From Promethearchaeati archaeon (GTDB taxonomy: Archaea; Asgardarchaeota; Atabeyarchaeia; Atabeyarchaeales; Atabeyarchaeaceae), in contig JAHPYV010000001.1 of NCBI GenBank assembly GCA_019058495.1, positions 38,254-102,253 on the forward strand: a stretch of 64,000 bases of DNA, read 5' to 3'. The stretch's first letter is position 1; the number at the start of each line of letters is the position of its first letter. The notes beneath the pieces are model-generated. The model was not told the DNA's origin. It did no database searches and was given only the letters and a program-made list of their open reading frames with translations. Below, one piece after another: positions 57,194 through 64,000 of this stretch. The position numbers and the translations under genes were made by a program.

Positions 57194-57361
57194 TGGTGCG
57201 GCCGCCGGAATTTGAACCCGGGTTTCCTCCCCAGAAAATAAGGAACCGGGATAGAGGCTTGGGAGGCCTTTGGACGGTAGTTGTCGTGTCTCCTCTGTCC
57301 TAGACCATTCTAGGTATCTCAGCGATCCTCTCATAAGACTATCTGACTAGACCACGGCCGC
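57194..57361 (-). tRNA. tRNA-Gly (anticodon CCC) interrupted by three introns (37, 25, about 28 nt); CCA encoded
   Basis: Minus strand: GCGGCCG TG GTCTAGTC|37 nt|TGGTCTAGGAC AG|25 nt|AGGC CTCCCAA GCCTC TATC CCGG|28 nt|G TTCAAAT TCCGG CGGCCGC A CCA. The spliced product closely matches canonical archaeal tRNA-Gly (GCGGCCGTGGTCTAG...CCTCCCAAGC...). Confidence 0.75.
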
Positions 57362-57443
57362 TAATCATTAGATAGCACCCAAAGAGTAAATAAATGTTTT
57401 AGGGAATGGAACAGCCGAATATTGATACCGTGGACACTTGCTG

Positions 57444-57453
57444 TTTAAATATA
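57444..57453 (+). promoter_or_regulatory. TATA-box-like element upstream of the Flp-like gene
   Basis: TTTAAATATA centred about 23 nt upstream of ATG 57472, consistent with a leaderless or near-leaderless transcript. Confidence 0.4.
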
Positions 57454-57471
57454 GATCACCAGAACCGATCT

Positions 57472-57744
57472 ATGGCGACATTGACTATGAAAATAAACAA
57501 GAGAAAAAAGAACATCTTGTCAAGATTACTTCAGGATGAGAGAGGATCACCTTTGGTTGAAGAAGGAATGCTGCTAGGTCTATCTCTGATTGTCATAGGA
57601 ATAATCATAGGTCTCGTACTGCAAGTGCTTGGCTGGTCTGGGGACGCACTGGGCTCAATATACCAGCAACTTGACCAGATAAAAGAACAGCTTCTGAGAT
57701 TGCTGGGGGGAAGCATTCTATCGACACACATCAGCTTTTTCTAA
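57472..57744 (+). CDS. Flp/Tad-type (type IVb) prepilin-like protein
   Basis: MATLTMKINKRKKNILSRLLQDERG|SPLVEEGMLLGLSLIVIGIIIGLVLQVLG. Basic leader, G at -1, E at +5, then about 22 hydrophobic residues. Compare Caulobacter PilA FLKDESG|ATAIEYGLIVALIAVVIV. Start 57472 chosen from the TATA spacing (track start 57406; alternative 57487). Confidence 0.6.
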   Translation: MATLTMKINKRKKNILSRLLQDERGSPLVEEGMLLGLSLIVIGIIIGLVLQVLGWSGDALGSIYQQLDQIKEQLLRLLGGSILSTHISFF

Positions 57745-57750
57745 TGTCAG

Positions 57751-57865
57751 TGCTCCGGCCGGGATTTTCACTCCATTGATCAGAAAGAGATTCGAACCCG
57801 GGTCCGCGGCTATCCCCATCTGTGTCGAGAGGCCGCTATACTTGACCGAACTATACTACCGGAGC
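57751..57865 (-). tRNA. tRNA-Glu (anticodon CUC) with two introns (14 nt canonical 37/38; 26 nt in the T-loop/stem); no encoded CCA
   Basis: Minus strand: GCTCCGG TA GTAT AGTTCGGTCAA GTAT A GCGGC CTCTCG|ACACAGATGGGGAT|A GCCGC GGAC CCGGG TTCGAATC|TCTTTCTGATCAATGGAGTGAAAATC|CCGG CCGGAGC A. The canonical intron shows CTCT/GGGG helix with CGA and ATA bulges. Confidence 0.75.
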
Positions 57866-58070
57866 ACAAGTCTAAAGGTAGCAGATCTAGTTCAAAATCC
57901 TTTCGGTCAATTAACACGTGATCAACCTGAACCTACGAGTTAGAATGGTGATGCGTGACGTTCTATCTAGGACAACACAACCGATAGAATTATAAAAGCT
58001 CTAGTGTAATAACTAACTCTCTTGACACCAAGTCATGGAAGGGTTTTGTGTCAGAGAAAGGTGTTTGCTC

Positions 58071-58325
58071 ATGGGCAAAGTCAGAACCGAGAGCATTAAA
58101 CGCGCTGCACGCAATCTCCACAATCGATATCCAAACTATTTTAGCGCTGTATTTCCGGAGAACAAGGAGAAGCTGAAAGGTATTCTGTTAAATCCTTCTA
58201 AAGGTGTGCGGAACAGAGTTGCTGGGTATATCACTCATCTAGTGAGGATCAAAGTGAAGCAAAGCCAGGGAGAAGAGGGAATGAGTGCATACACCCAAGA
58301 AGAGGATGAAGACCAGAGCATCTAA
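58071..58325 (+). CDS. rps17e: 30S ribosomal protein eS17 (S17e) with acidic C-terminal tail
   Basis: MGKVRTESIKRAARNLHNRYPNYFS...NRVAGYITHLVR. GGTG lies upstream of ATG 58071. The track start 58035 adds 12 non-conserved residues. Confidence 0.85.
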   Translation: MGKVRTESIKRAARNLHNRYPNYFSAVFPENKEKLKGILLNPSKGVRNRVAGYITHLVRIKVKQSQGEEGMSAYTQEEDEDQSI

Positions 58326-58535
58326 TTAGAATACGAGGTTAAGCTTCATTCCCTTTTTGTGCCTAGCATTGACGAAGCATGTTCAAAAATATGACAACAG
58401 AATTGCTGGGTGAAGGATTTCCCGAATGTCCGAAGAAAGAGAGGGATCTCTAGACTCTCTGTAGAGAGCGTTACTCTGGTCGGCTTCTTCCTTCGGTGAT
58501 TTACTTAGAAATTCAGTAGATCTGAGGGATCGGAT

Positions 58536-58832
58536 GTGCAAAACAAAAGAATAAGGCTAAGATTCCTCTCAACGATGAGACATATAGTTGGCGAAAACGA
58601 GAAGGTTATAGAAATCAGCAAAGAAGCAACAGTAGGAGACCTCTTGAGACTGATTCTGACAACCTACAGCAAAAGGATAACAACCTTCTTGTTCGAAGAA
58701 GACAATAAATCAGTGAGAAATGACATATTAATATTGATTAATGACGTAGATATGAATGTGCTCGAAGGAATAGACACAGTATTGTCGGAGGAGGATGAAG
58801 TGACCTTGATGCCCATAGCTCATGGCGGATAA
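58536..58832 (+). CDS. Urm1-like ubiquitin-fold modifier/sulfur carrier ending in GG
   Basis: 98 aa. IRLRFLSTMRHIVG ... VRNDILILINDVDMNVLEGIDTVLSEEDEVTLMPIAHGG-stop aligns by eye with eukaryotic Urm1 (VKVEFLGGLDAIFG ... [39 protein letters not shown]). GTG start. Confidence 0.75.
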   Translation: MQNKRIRLRFLSTMRHIVGENEKVIEISKEATVGDLLRLILTTYSKRITTFLFEEDNKSVRNDILILINDVDMNVLEGIDTVLSEEDEVTLMPIAHGG

Positions 58833-58890
58833 CGTGACTCTTGGGGTAAGCATGTTCGAAAACCCTATGGAGCCTGAGTGAGTTGGTTTC

Positions 58891-59505
58891 ATGCCAAAAG
58901 AAGATAAAACGAGTGTCGTAACGAGAGCCATGAACGAGATAATAGAGTCTGTCAAGAAAGCCTCAGACCTCTTGATTCCAGAACAAGTTGAGGCTATCAT
59001 CGAAACGCTTATGGAAGCTCGAGACAAGAAGATTCTAGTGGTAGGCGCTGGGCGATCTGGGCTTGTCGGCAAAGCTTTCGCAATGCGACTAATGCACTTG
59101 GGCTACCAAGTTTACGTAACTGGCGAGACAATCGCCCCAATACTTGGTCCTGGCGACGTCGTGATTGCGATATCAGGTTCTGGAACTACGCGTCTTGTTG
59201 TGATATCTTCGAAGATCGCGAAGGAACGCAGAGAGGCAAGAATTGTGGCAATAACCTCGTACCCCGACTCCCCGCTTGGGCGCTTAGCAGACCAAGTTGC
59301 AGTCGTCGTAGGTAGAACCAAAATGGCACGACAGGAAGACTACGTTTCCAGGCAGATAGTTGGCGAACACGAGCCTCTTGCTCCGCTCGGAACCCAATTT
59401 GAGATAGCGACCATGGTTTTTTTGGATGGAGTTATAGCTGAATTGATGCACCGGCTCGGCAAGAAAGAGGAAGACCTAAAGGCACGCCACGCCACCATAG
59501 AATGA
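58891..59505 (+). CDS. hxlB: 6-phospho-3-hexuloisomerase (SIS domain)
   Basis: ILVVGAGRSGLVGKAFAMRLMHLG ... VIAISGSGTT SIS pattern; about 200 aa. Confidence 0.75.
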   Translation: MPKEDKTSVVTRAMNEIIESVKKASDLLIPEQVEAIIETLMEARDKKILVVGAGRSGLVGKAFAMRLMHLGYQVYVTGETIAPILGPGDVVIAISGSGTTRLVVISSKIAKERREARIVAITSYPDSPLGRLADQVAVVVGRTKMARQEDYVSRQIVGEHEPLAPLGTQFEIATMVFLDGVIAELMHRLGKKEEDLKARHATIE

Positions 59506-59729
59506 AAAGGGTGCTCAAAAAGCGAAAAAGGCTCGACTCGTGCCCGAAAATGGCTTTGAGCCATGAAACAGTGAAATTCGTCTGACTCGGTAGCAACTAG
59601 TCTCTTTCGCAGAAAGGCAAATTATATGAACCAGTTACATCAATCAGAATCTGATACAATGGCACCGCTAGGAACAAGAACATTTTTAAAACATCCTTCT
59701 AGATTGAGAAGCAGGAGATGTAACTCAGA

Positions 59730-60665
59730 ATGCGCGGAAAAAGCGCTTCAATCACAGTTCTGCTTTTGTGCTTGATTATATCATTGGCGTTTGCTTCGCC
59801 GATCGTTTCAGCTCAAGACGTCCAAAGTGATCGAAGTTCAATAAGAGTTTTGCTCATTCTTGGAAACGACAGAACGTTTGGTGGAAGCGAGAACTTCAGC
59901 TTCGTTGAGACTTACTTGCGGGAGACCAACCCTGATAGAGGTTTGGGTCTCAATATGACCGTCAAAGGCAGTGCGGTTTCAGAGAATGATCTGAAAGGCA
60001 TTGACTTAGTGATTGCAAGTATCCCTAACGCATCCTCCATCCCCAACGCCACAATATTCAAGCAGTTTGCTGAAAGCAGACATTCGCTCTTCCTACTGTC
60101 TGATTATTACGGCGGAGGCACGGGTAACTCATCGTCTGTTCTGAACGGGGTACTCAATGAGAGCAATATTCACGGCGTGTCATTCGGCAAAGATGCCATA
60201 TCCATTGGCAATGCGACGAGCGATTGGCAAACGAGAGTCTACAATAATATCAGTTTCGCGGTTAGAGTGAATAGTTCAAGGTTTCAATCAGGCCTCTCGA
60301 TATTCAATGGCATTCTGAATGTAGTAACGATATCATGCAGCTTAAACATCACAAGCCCCAGCGATCCAAGTTTTCTTGGTTTGGGGTCGGCACCATCTGA
60401 CTCAAGTTCGCATTACTGGCTTCTATTAGTCAACGATGGGGTTCACCGAAGTGTACTGTGCGGTTCGGCATCCATGTTCAACAACACTTACCTAGGCGTT
60501 GAGAATAATCAGGCTCTGCTCAGGCAACTGGTTCTATGGCTAGTTGAGAAGTTCCAGGTGCTTCCACTAACCGTATTTCCATACATCCTTCTCACTTCTT
60601 CTGCAATTTCAGTTCTTGGGATAGCAATATATCTTGTTTCTCGGAGAACTAGGCATTTGACCTAA
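59730..60665 (+). CDS. Secreted, C-terminally membrane-anchored protein rich in N-glycosylation sequons
   Basis: Signal peptide MRGKSASITVLLLCLIISLAFASPIVSAQ, many NxS/T sites (NFS, NMT, NAS, NAT, NSS, NES, NAT, NIS, NSS, NIT, NNT) and a C-terminal TM helix followed by RRTRH. Confidence 0.55.
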   Translation: MRGKSASITVLLLCLIISLAFASPIVSAQDVQSDRSSIRVLLILGNDRTFGGSENFSFVETYLRETNPDRGLGLNMTVKGSAVSENDLKGIDLVIASIPNASSIPNATIFKQFAESRHSLFLLSDYYGGGTGNSSSVLNGVLNESNIHGVSFGKDAISIGNATSDWQTRVYNNISFAVRVNSSRFQSGLSIFNGILNVVTISCSLNITSPSDPSFLGLGSAPSDSSSHYWLLLVNDGVHRSVLCGSASMFNNTYLGVENNQALLRQLVLWLVEKFQVLPLTVFPYILLTSSAISVLGIAIYLVSRRTRHLT

Positions 60666-60745
60666 GCTAGGCCGAGCTCTTCATATTTCTAGAAGAAATG
60701 CACGCGCCCTAAGAGACTGTAGTGAAAACCAACAGGGAATGTGTA

Positions 60746-61624
60746 ATGAGAGTTCCCAGATTCTCGATAGCAATACCCGCATCGATGATTTCAGATGTCC
60801 CAGGTCTCCAGTTGAAAACCTACAAAATCGGCCAGGTGGCCCGTGCTTTGGCTATTTACTGTGTTAATGAGGTCATCATTTATCCAGACCAAGATTACGG
60901 AAAACAACGAGAAGACATGAAATTCATTTCGCAAGTTCTCTGTTACATGGAGACACCGCAGTATCTCAGAAAGAAGTTGTTCCCTCTATCGCCCTTATTG
61001 AAATATGTAGGCACGCTTCCGCCTTTGAATACTCCTCATCACCCAACGCATAGACGGATAGCAGAACTGCAGAATGAAGAGATCCGTGAAGGTGTTGTTG
61101 TTAGTCATGATAACAACGGGTCACTTGTCGATATAGGAATGGAAAGACCATTAAGAAGTTCAGAGAGACTGACGAAAGGAAGAAGAACGTTCCGAGTAAG
61201 GAAGTACGGAGACAAAGAGTTGCGATTAGAACTGGTAGATTCATCTGAGATTTATGAATATTGGGGATACAAGGTGGTTGAGTCAAGTCAACCCATCGGG
61301 CAATTCATAAGAGAGAGAAGTCATGACTTGCATATTCTCACGTCTAGGCTGGGCTCGCGAATAGGCGATCTTATTACGGAAATTGAGGGTAGACTGAAGA
61401 AATCGAGAAAGATTTTAATAGCCTTTGGCTCTCCAAAAGAAGGACTGAAAGAAATACTTGCAAGAGAAGGACTGGATCAGAGCATAGCAGATTATTTCTT
61501 GAATACAGTTCCCAGTCAGGGAACTCTAAGCATAAGAACGGAAGAAGCGATCCACGCAACACTCGCTATTACCAATCTACTAATACATAATGCAGACGTA
61601 AGATTCATAAGACCCACGAGTTAA
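60746..61624 (+). CDS. DUF171/SPOUT1 (C9orf114-like) putative RNA methyltransferase
   Basis: RFSIAIPASMISDVPGLQLKTYKIGQVARALAIYCVNEVIIY is the characteristic N-terminal pattern. ATG 60746 preferred. Confidence 0.7.
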   Translation: MRVPRFSIAIPASMISDVPGLQLKTYKIGQVARALAIYCVNEVIIYPDQDYGKQREDMKFISQVLCYMETPQYLRKKLFPLSPLLKYVGTLPPLNTPHHPTHRRIAELQNEEIREGVVVSHDNNGSLVDIGMERPLRSSERLTKGRRTFRVRKYGDKELRLELVDSSEIYEYWGYKVVESSQPIGQFIRERSHDLHILTSRLGSRIGDLITEIEGRLKKSRKILIAFGSPKEGLKEILAREGLDQSIADYFLNTVPSQGTLSIRTEEAIHATLAITNLLIHNADVRFIRPTS

Positions 61625-61701
61625 TGGGTACACCCAACCTCAAGAAAGATATCAATCTCATCTTACCTCGTGTTATCAATACGGAGGACAGAAGCAAAAA
61701 A

Positions 61702-61721
61702 GAAATCGACACTTCGATTTC
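61702..61721 (+). promoter_or_regulatory. Perfect 8-bp hairpin in the leader of the ribosomal protein operon
   Basis: GAAATCGA-cact-TCGATTTC, preceded by an A-run, 40 nt upstream of the uL3 start. Confidence 0.3.
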
Positions 61722-61760
61722 TCCTATAGACAAAACTACTTGCCACAGGAGGTTCCCGTC

Positions 61761-62765
61761 GTGGGACATAGAAAGCAACACGCCCCTCATCATGGTTCAC
61801 TCGCGTATCTCCCTCGTAAGAGGGCAACCAATCCCTGGGGACGGATTAGAAGTTGGCCAACACGAATTGGTGAACCCTTAGCATTGGGTTTTTCTGGCTA
61901 CAAGGCTGGTATGACCCACGTTATACTGGTGGACAGCGCTCCACACAGCCCATTGCGAGGGCGCGAGGTGGAGGTTCCAGCTACCATCATAGACTGCCCT
62001 CCTTTAGTCGCTTGTGGAATAAGAGCCTACACAGACACTCCTTATGGGTTGAAGTGCATACATGAAGTCTGGTCCAAGAATCTGAGTAAAGATTTGTCGC
62101 GCAATTCTCCGATGCCCTCCGACGCCAAGACCGACGAGAAACTTGGGAAACTGGAGAAAGGTTTGAACAGGGCGAATAGAATTAGGTTACTGGTCCATAC
62201 TCAACCTAGATTGGCTGGAGTGTCCTCAAAGAAACCAGTGGTCGCAGAGGTTGAGGTGGGAGGCGGCTCGATCCCAGATCGATTCAAATACGCAAGAAAT
62301 ATCCTCGGCAAAGAGATCAGAATTCGTGATGTCTTCAAGGAGGGCAACGTCATTGATGTAATCGCCGTCTCGAAAGGTAAAGGATATCAAGGCCCTGTGA
62401 AAAAGTGGAACGTCAAGGTTCTCCAAAAGAAATCTAGGAAAACAGTCCGTGGCGTGGGCACACTTGGACCGATTAGTCCGCACAGTGTTATGTATACGAT
62501 TCCAAGAGCTGGGCAGATGGGGTACCATCACCGTGTTGAGTTCAACAAACGAATTTTGAAGTTGGGAGACAGAGGAGAAGAGATCACGGCAAAGGGTGGA
62601 ATCAACAGATACGGTGTGGTCAAAGGTGACTACCTCTTGCTCCAAGGCTCTGTGCCTGGTGAGGTAAGGCGACTGATCAGACTAAGGCAACCTATTAGAT
62701 CTGGTCAGAAAGCACCGGAGGGAACGCCACAGATTTTACACATCTACAATACACCTAAGAAATAG
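61761..62765 (+). CDS. rpl3: 50S ribosomal protein uL3
   Basis: GHRKQHAPHHGSLAYLPRKRA N-terminus. GTG 61761 is preceded by AGGAGGT at 61747-61753. The track start 61740 is upstream of the SD. Confidence 0.95.
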   Translation: MGHRKQHAPHHGSLAYLPRKRATNPWGRIRSWPTRIGEPLALGFSGYKAGMTHVILVDSAPHSPLRGREVEVPATIIDCPPLVACGIRAYTDTPYGLKCIHEVWSKNLSKDLSRNSPMPSDAKTDEKLGKLEKGLNRANRIRLLVHTQPRLAGVSSKKPVVAEVEVGGGSIPDRFKYARNILGKEIRIRDVFKEGNVIDVIAVSKGKGYQGPVKKWNVKVLQKKSRKTVRGVGTLGPISPHSVMYTIPRAGQMGYHHRVEFNKRILKLGDRGEEITAKGGINRYGVVKGDYLLLQGSVPGEVRRLIRLRQPIRSGQKAPEGTPQILHIYNTPKK

Positions 62766-62784
62766 AGTGTAGTGGGGAGAATCC

Positions 62785-63591
62785 ATGGCAAAAACGATAC
62801 AAGTTCTAGATCTTGAGGGCAATACCGTAAGGAAAATTGAGCTTCCGGAAGTCTTTGATGCGCCTCCGAGACCCGACGTAATACAGAGGGCTGTTTTAGC
62901 TTCGATTTCCTCCAGGTTTCACCGTCACGGGGTTGACCCTATGGCAGGAAAGAGAAATACGGCCTACTCACGCGGACCTGGTATGCACTTGGCTAGAGTA
63001 CCTAGAAGAAGAGGAAGTTCCTACCCTGAAGCTAGCGCCGGAGCATTTGCCCCCATGACTGTAGGTGGCAGGCTAGCCCATCCTCCACTAGTCGAGAAGC
63101 GTGTGAGGGAACTGATAAATAGGAAGGAACGCCGGCTTGCTTTGAGATCTGCGATTGCCCTTACGAGTGAGCTGGAAGCAGTGAAGAAGCGGGGGCACCT
63201 AGTTGATGCGAAGATCAAGGCGCTACCAATAGTCTGTGTTGATGATGTTGAGGACATAGCTTTGTCTCGAGAAGCAAGGCTGGCGCTAACCAAGTTAGGC
63301 GTAGGACCTGACATGACGCGCGTTCTAAACGGCAAGAGAGTGAGGAGTGGGGCAGGCAAGAAAAGGGGAAGAAAGTATAAGACGCCTCGTGGTCCTTTGA
63401 TTATAGTGGGAAAGATGGGACCTATAGCAAAGGCGGCAAGAAATCTTGGCGTCGATGTCGTTTCCGTGTCAAATCTGGGAGTGGAAGATTTGGCGCCTGG
63501 CACGCACCCCGGGAGGCTTGCTATCTGGTCGGAGTCGGCACTGAACATATTGAAGACTCTTAATTGGCTAAGCCCTGAGGGATCTCAATGA
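62785..63591 (+). CDS. rpl4: 50S ribosomal protein uL4
   Basis: Position after uL3. PDVIQRAVLA, RGPGMHLARVPR and GPLIIV patterns. Confidence 0.95.
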   Translation: MAKTIQVLDLEGNTVRKIELPEVFDAPPRPDVIQRAVLASISSRFHRHGVDPMAGKRNTAYSRGPGMHLARVPRRRGSSYPEASAGAFAPMTVGGRLAHPPLVEKRVRELINRKERRLALRSAIALTSELEAVKKRGHLVDAKIKALPIVCVDDVEDIALSREARLALTKLGVGPDMTRVLNGKRVRSGAGKKRGRKYKTPRGPLIIVGKMGPIAKAARNLGVDVVSVSNLGVEDLAPGTHPGRLAIWSESALNILKTLNWLSPEGSQ

Positions 63592-63851
63592 GCAATGAAA
63601 CTCTTGTGGTATTAAGACCAGTCATCACAGAGGCAGCGCTCGAAGTTATCGAGCGTGAAAACAAACTAGTCTTCATCGTTTCGCGAAAGGCTAACAAACA
63701 CGTGATTCGCAGAGCGATTGAAAAACTCTATGAAGTCAAAGTTGTCAGCGTGAACACGGCGATTCTTCCTACAGGGGAGAAGAAAGCTTACATCACTCTA
63801 AGCCCTGAATTTAAAGCAAGCGATGTAGCTACTAGACTTGGAGTGTTTTGA
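63588..63851 (+). CDS. rpl23: 50S ribosomal protein uL23
   Basis: 87 aa. LRPVITEAAL...ENKLVFIVSRKANKHVIRRAIEKLYEVKV. Its ATGA start overlaps the uL4 stop. Confidence 0.95.
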   Translation: MSNETLVVLRPVITEAALEVIERENKLVFIVSRKANKHVIRRAIEKLYEVKVVSVNTAILPTGEKKAYITLSPEFKASDVATRLGVF

Positions 63852-63884
63852 GTGTAAGTCAGTCTGGTCTGACGGTGTATCGAT

Positions 63885-64000
63885 ATGGGAAAAAGAATAC
63901 TTGTTCAACGAAAGGGCAGAGGAACTTCAACATTCCGCGCGCCGAGCAAGAGACACATTGGTGAGGCTAAGTACCCACCTCTGCGTGCAAGAGAAGGATC
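63885..64000 (+). CDS. rpl2: 50S ribosomal protein uL2, first about 38 codons (runs off window)
   Basis: Own translation from ATG 63885: MGKRILVQRKGRGTSTFRAPSKRHIGEAKYPPL..., the standard uL2 N-terminus. Confidence 0.9.
   Translation, partial: MGKRILVQRKGRGTSTFRAPSKRHIGEAKYPPLRAREG

Noticed and set aside
1-64000. CRISPR arrays, cas genes, toxin-antitoxin pairs, restriction-modification or other defence islands; rRNA genes.
   Set aside because: I found no regularly spaced direct repeats and no cas, RM or TA-like ORFs. All sizeable ORFs except a few hypotheticals are assignable to housekeeping families. No rRNA-like sequence is present.

Overview
Archaeal chromosomal segment, densely packed with about 75 genes that are almost all housekeeping. 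It carries eukaryote-like information-processing genes: GINS, MCM, Hel308, Orc1/Cdc6, RPA, DnaG, Elf1, Sm, eS17, eS30 and the start of the uL3-uL4-uL23-uL2 operon. It also carries central metabolism (purB, pncB, pyrC, pgk, a TfrAB-like fumarate reductase with class I fumarase, PHI) and many tRNA/rRNA maturation genes. I found no CRISPR array, transposase, integrase, prophage or recognisable defence island, and no convincing undescribed multi-gene system.

The points worth a second look are these:
- All six tRNA genes are interrupted. Together they hold 12 introns, 10 at non-canonical positions. Two genes have three introns each, several introns have clean bulge-helix-bulge (BHB) motifs, and D-loop introns recur at the same site with shared sequence.
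- A Flp/Tad-type prepilin-like gene sits alone between two of these tRNA genes.
- A frameshifted 3' relic of an SF1 helicase lies next to tRNA-Pro.
- A 52-codon eS30 gene, below the ORF-track cutoff, lies between orc1/cdc6 and an ArsR-like gene.
- A LabA/NYN-like ORF has a conserved N-terminus with no canonical start codon.
- A module of three Roadblock/LC7 genes plus a small GTPase is present.
- A Urm1-like gene ending in GG lies about 5 kb from an Ncs6/TtuA-like thiolase.
- An SRP RNA gene is covered by spurious ORFs in the track.

Elf1, the Urm1-like gene and multi-intron tRNAs suggest a TACK/Asgard-grade archaeon, but this is inference only. All family assignments rest on motif recognition by eye. 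No searches were run.
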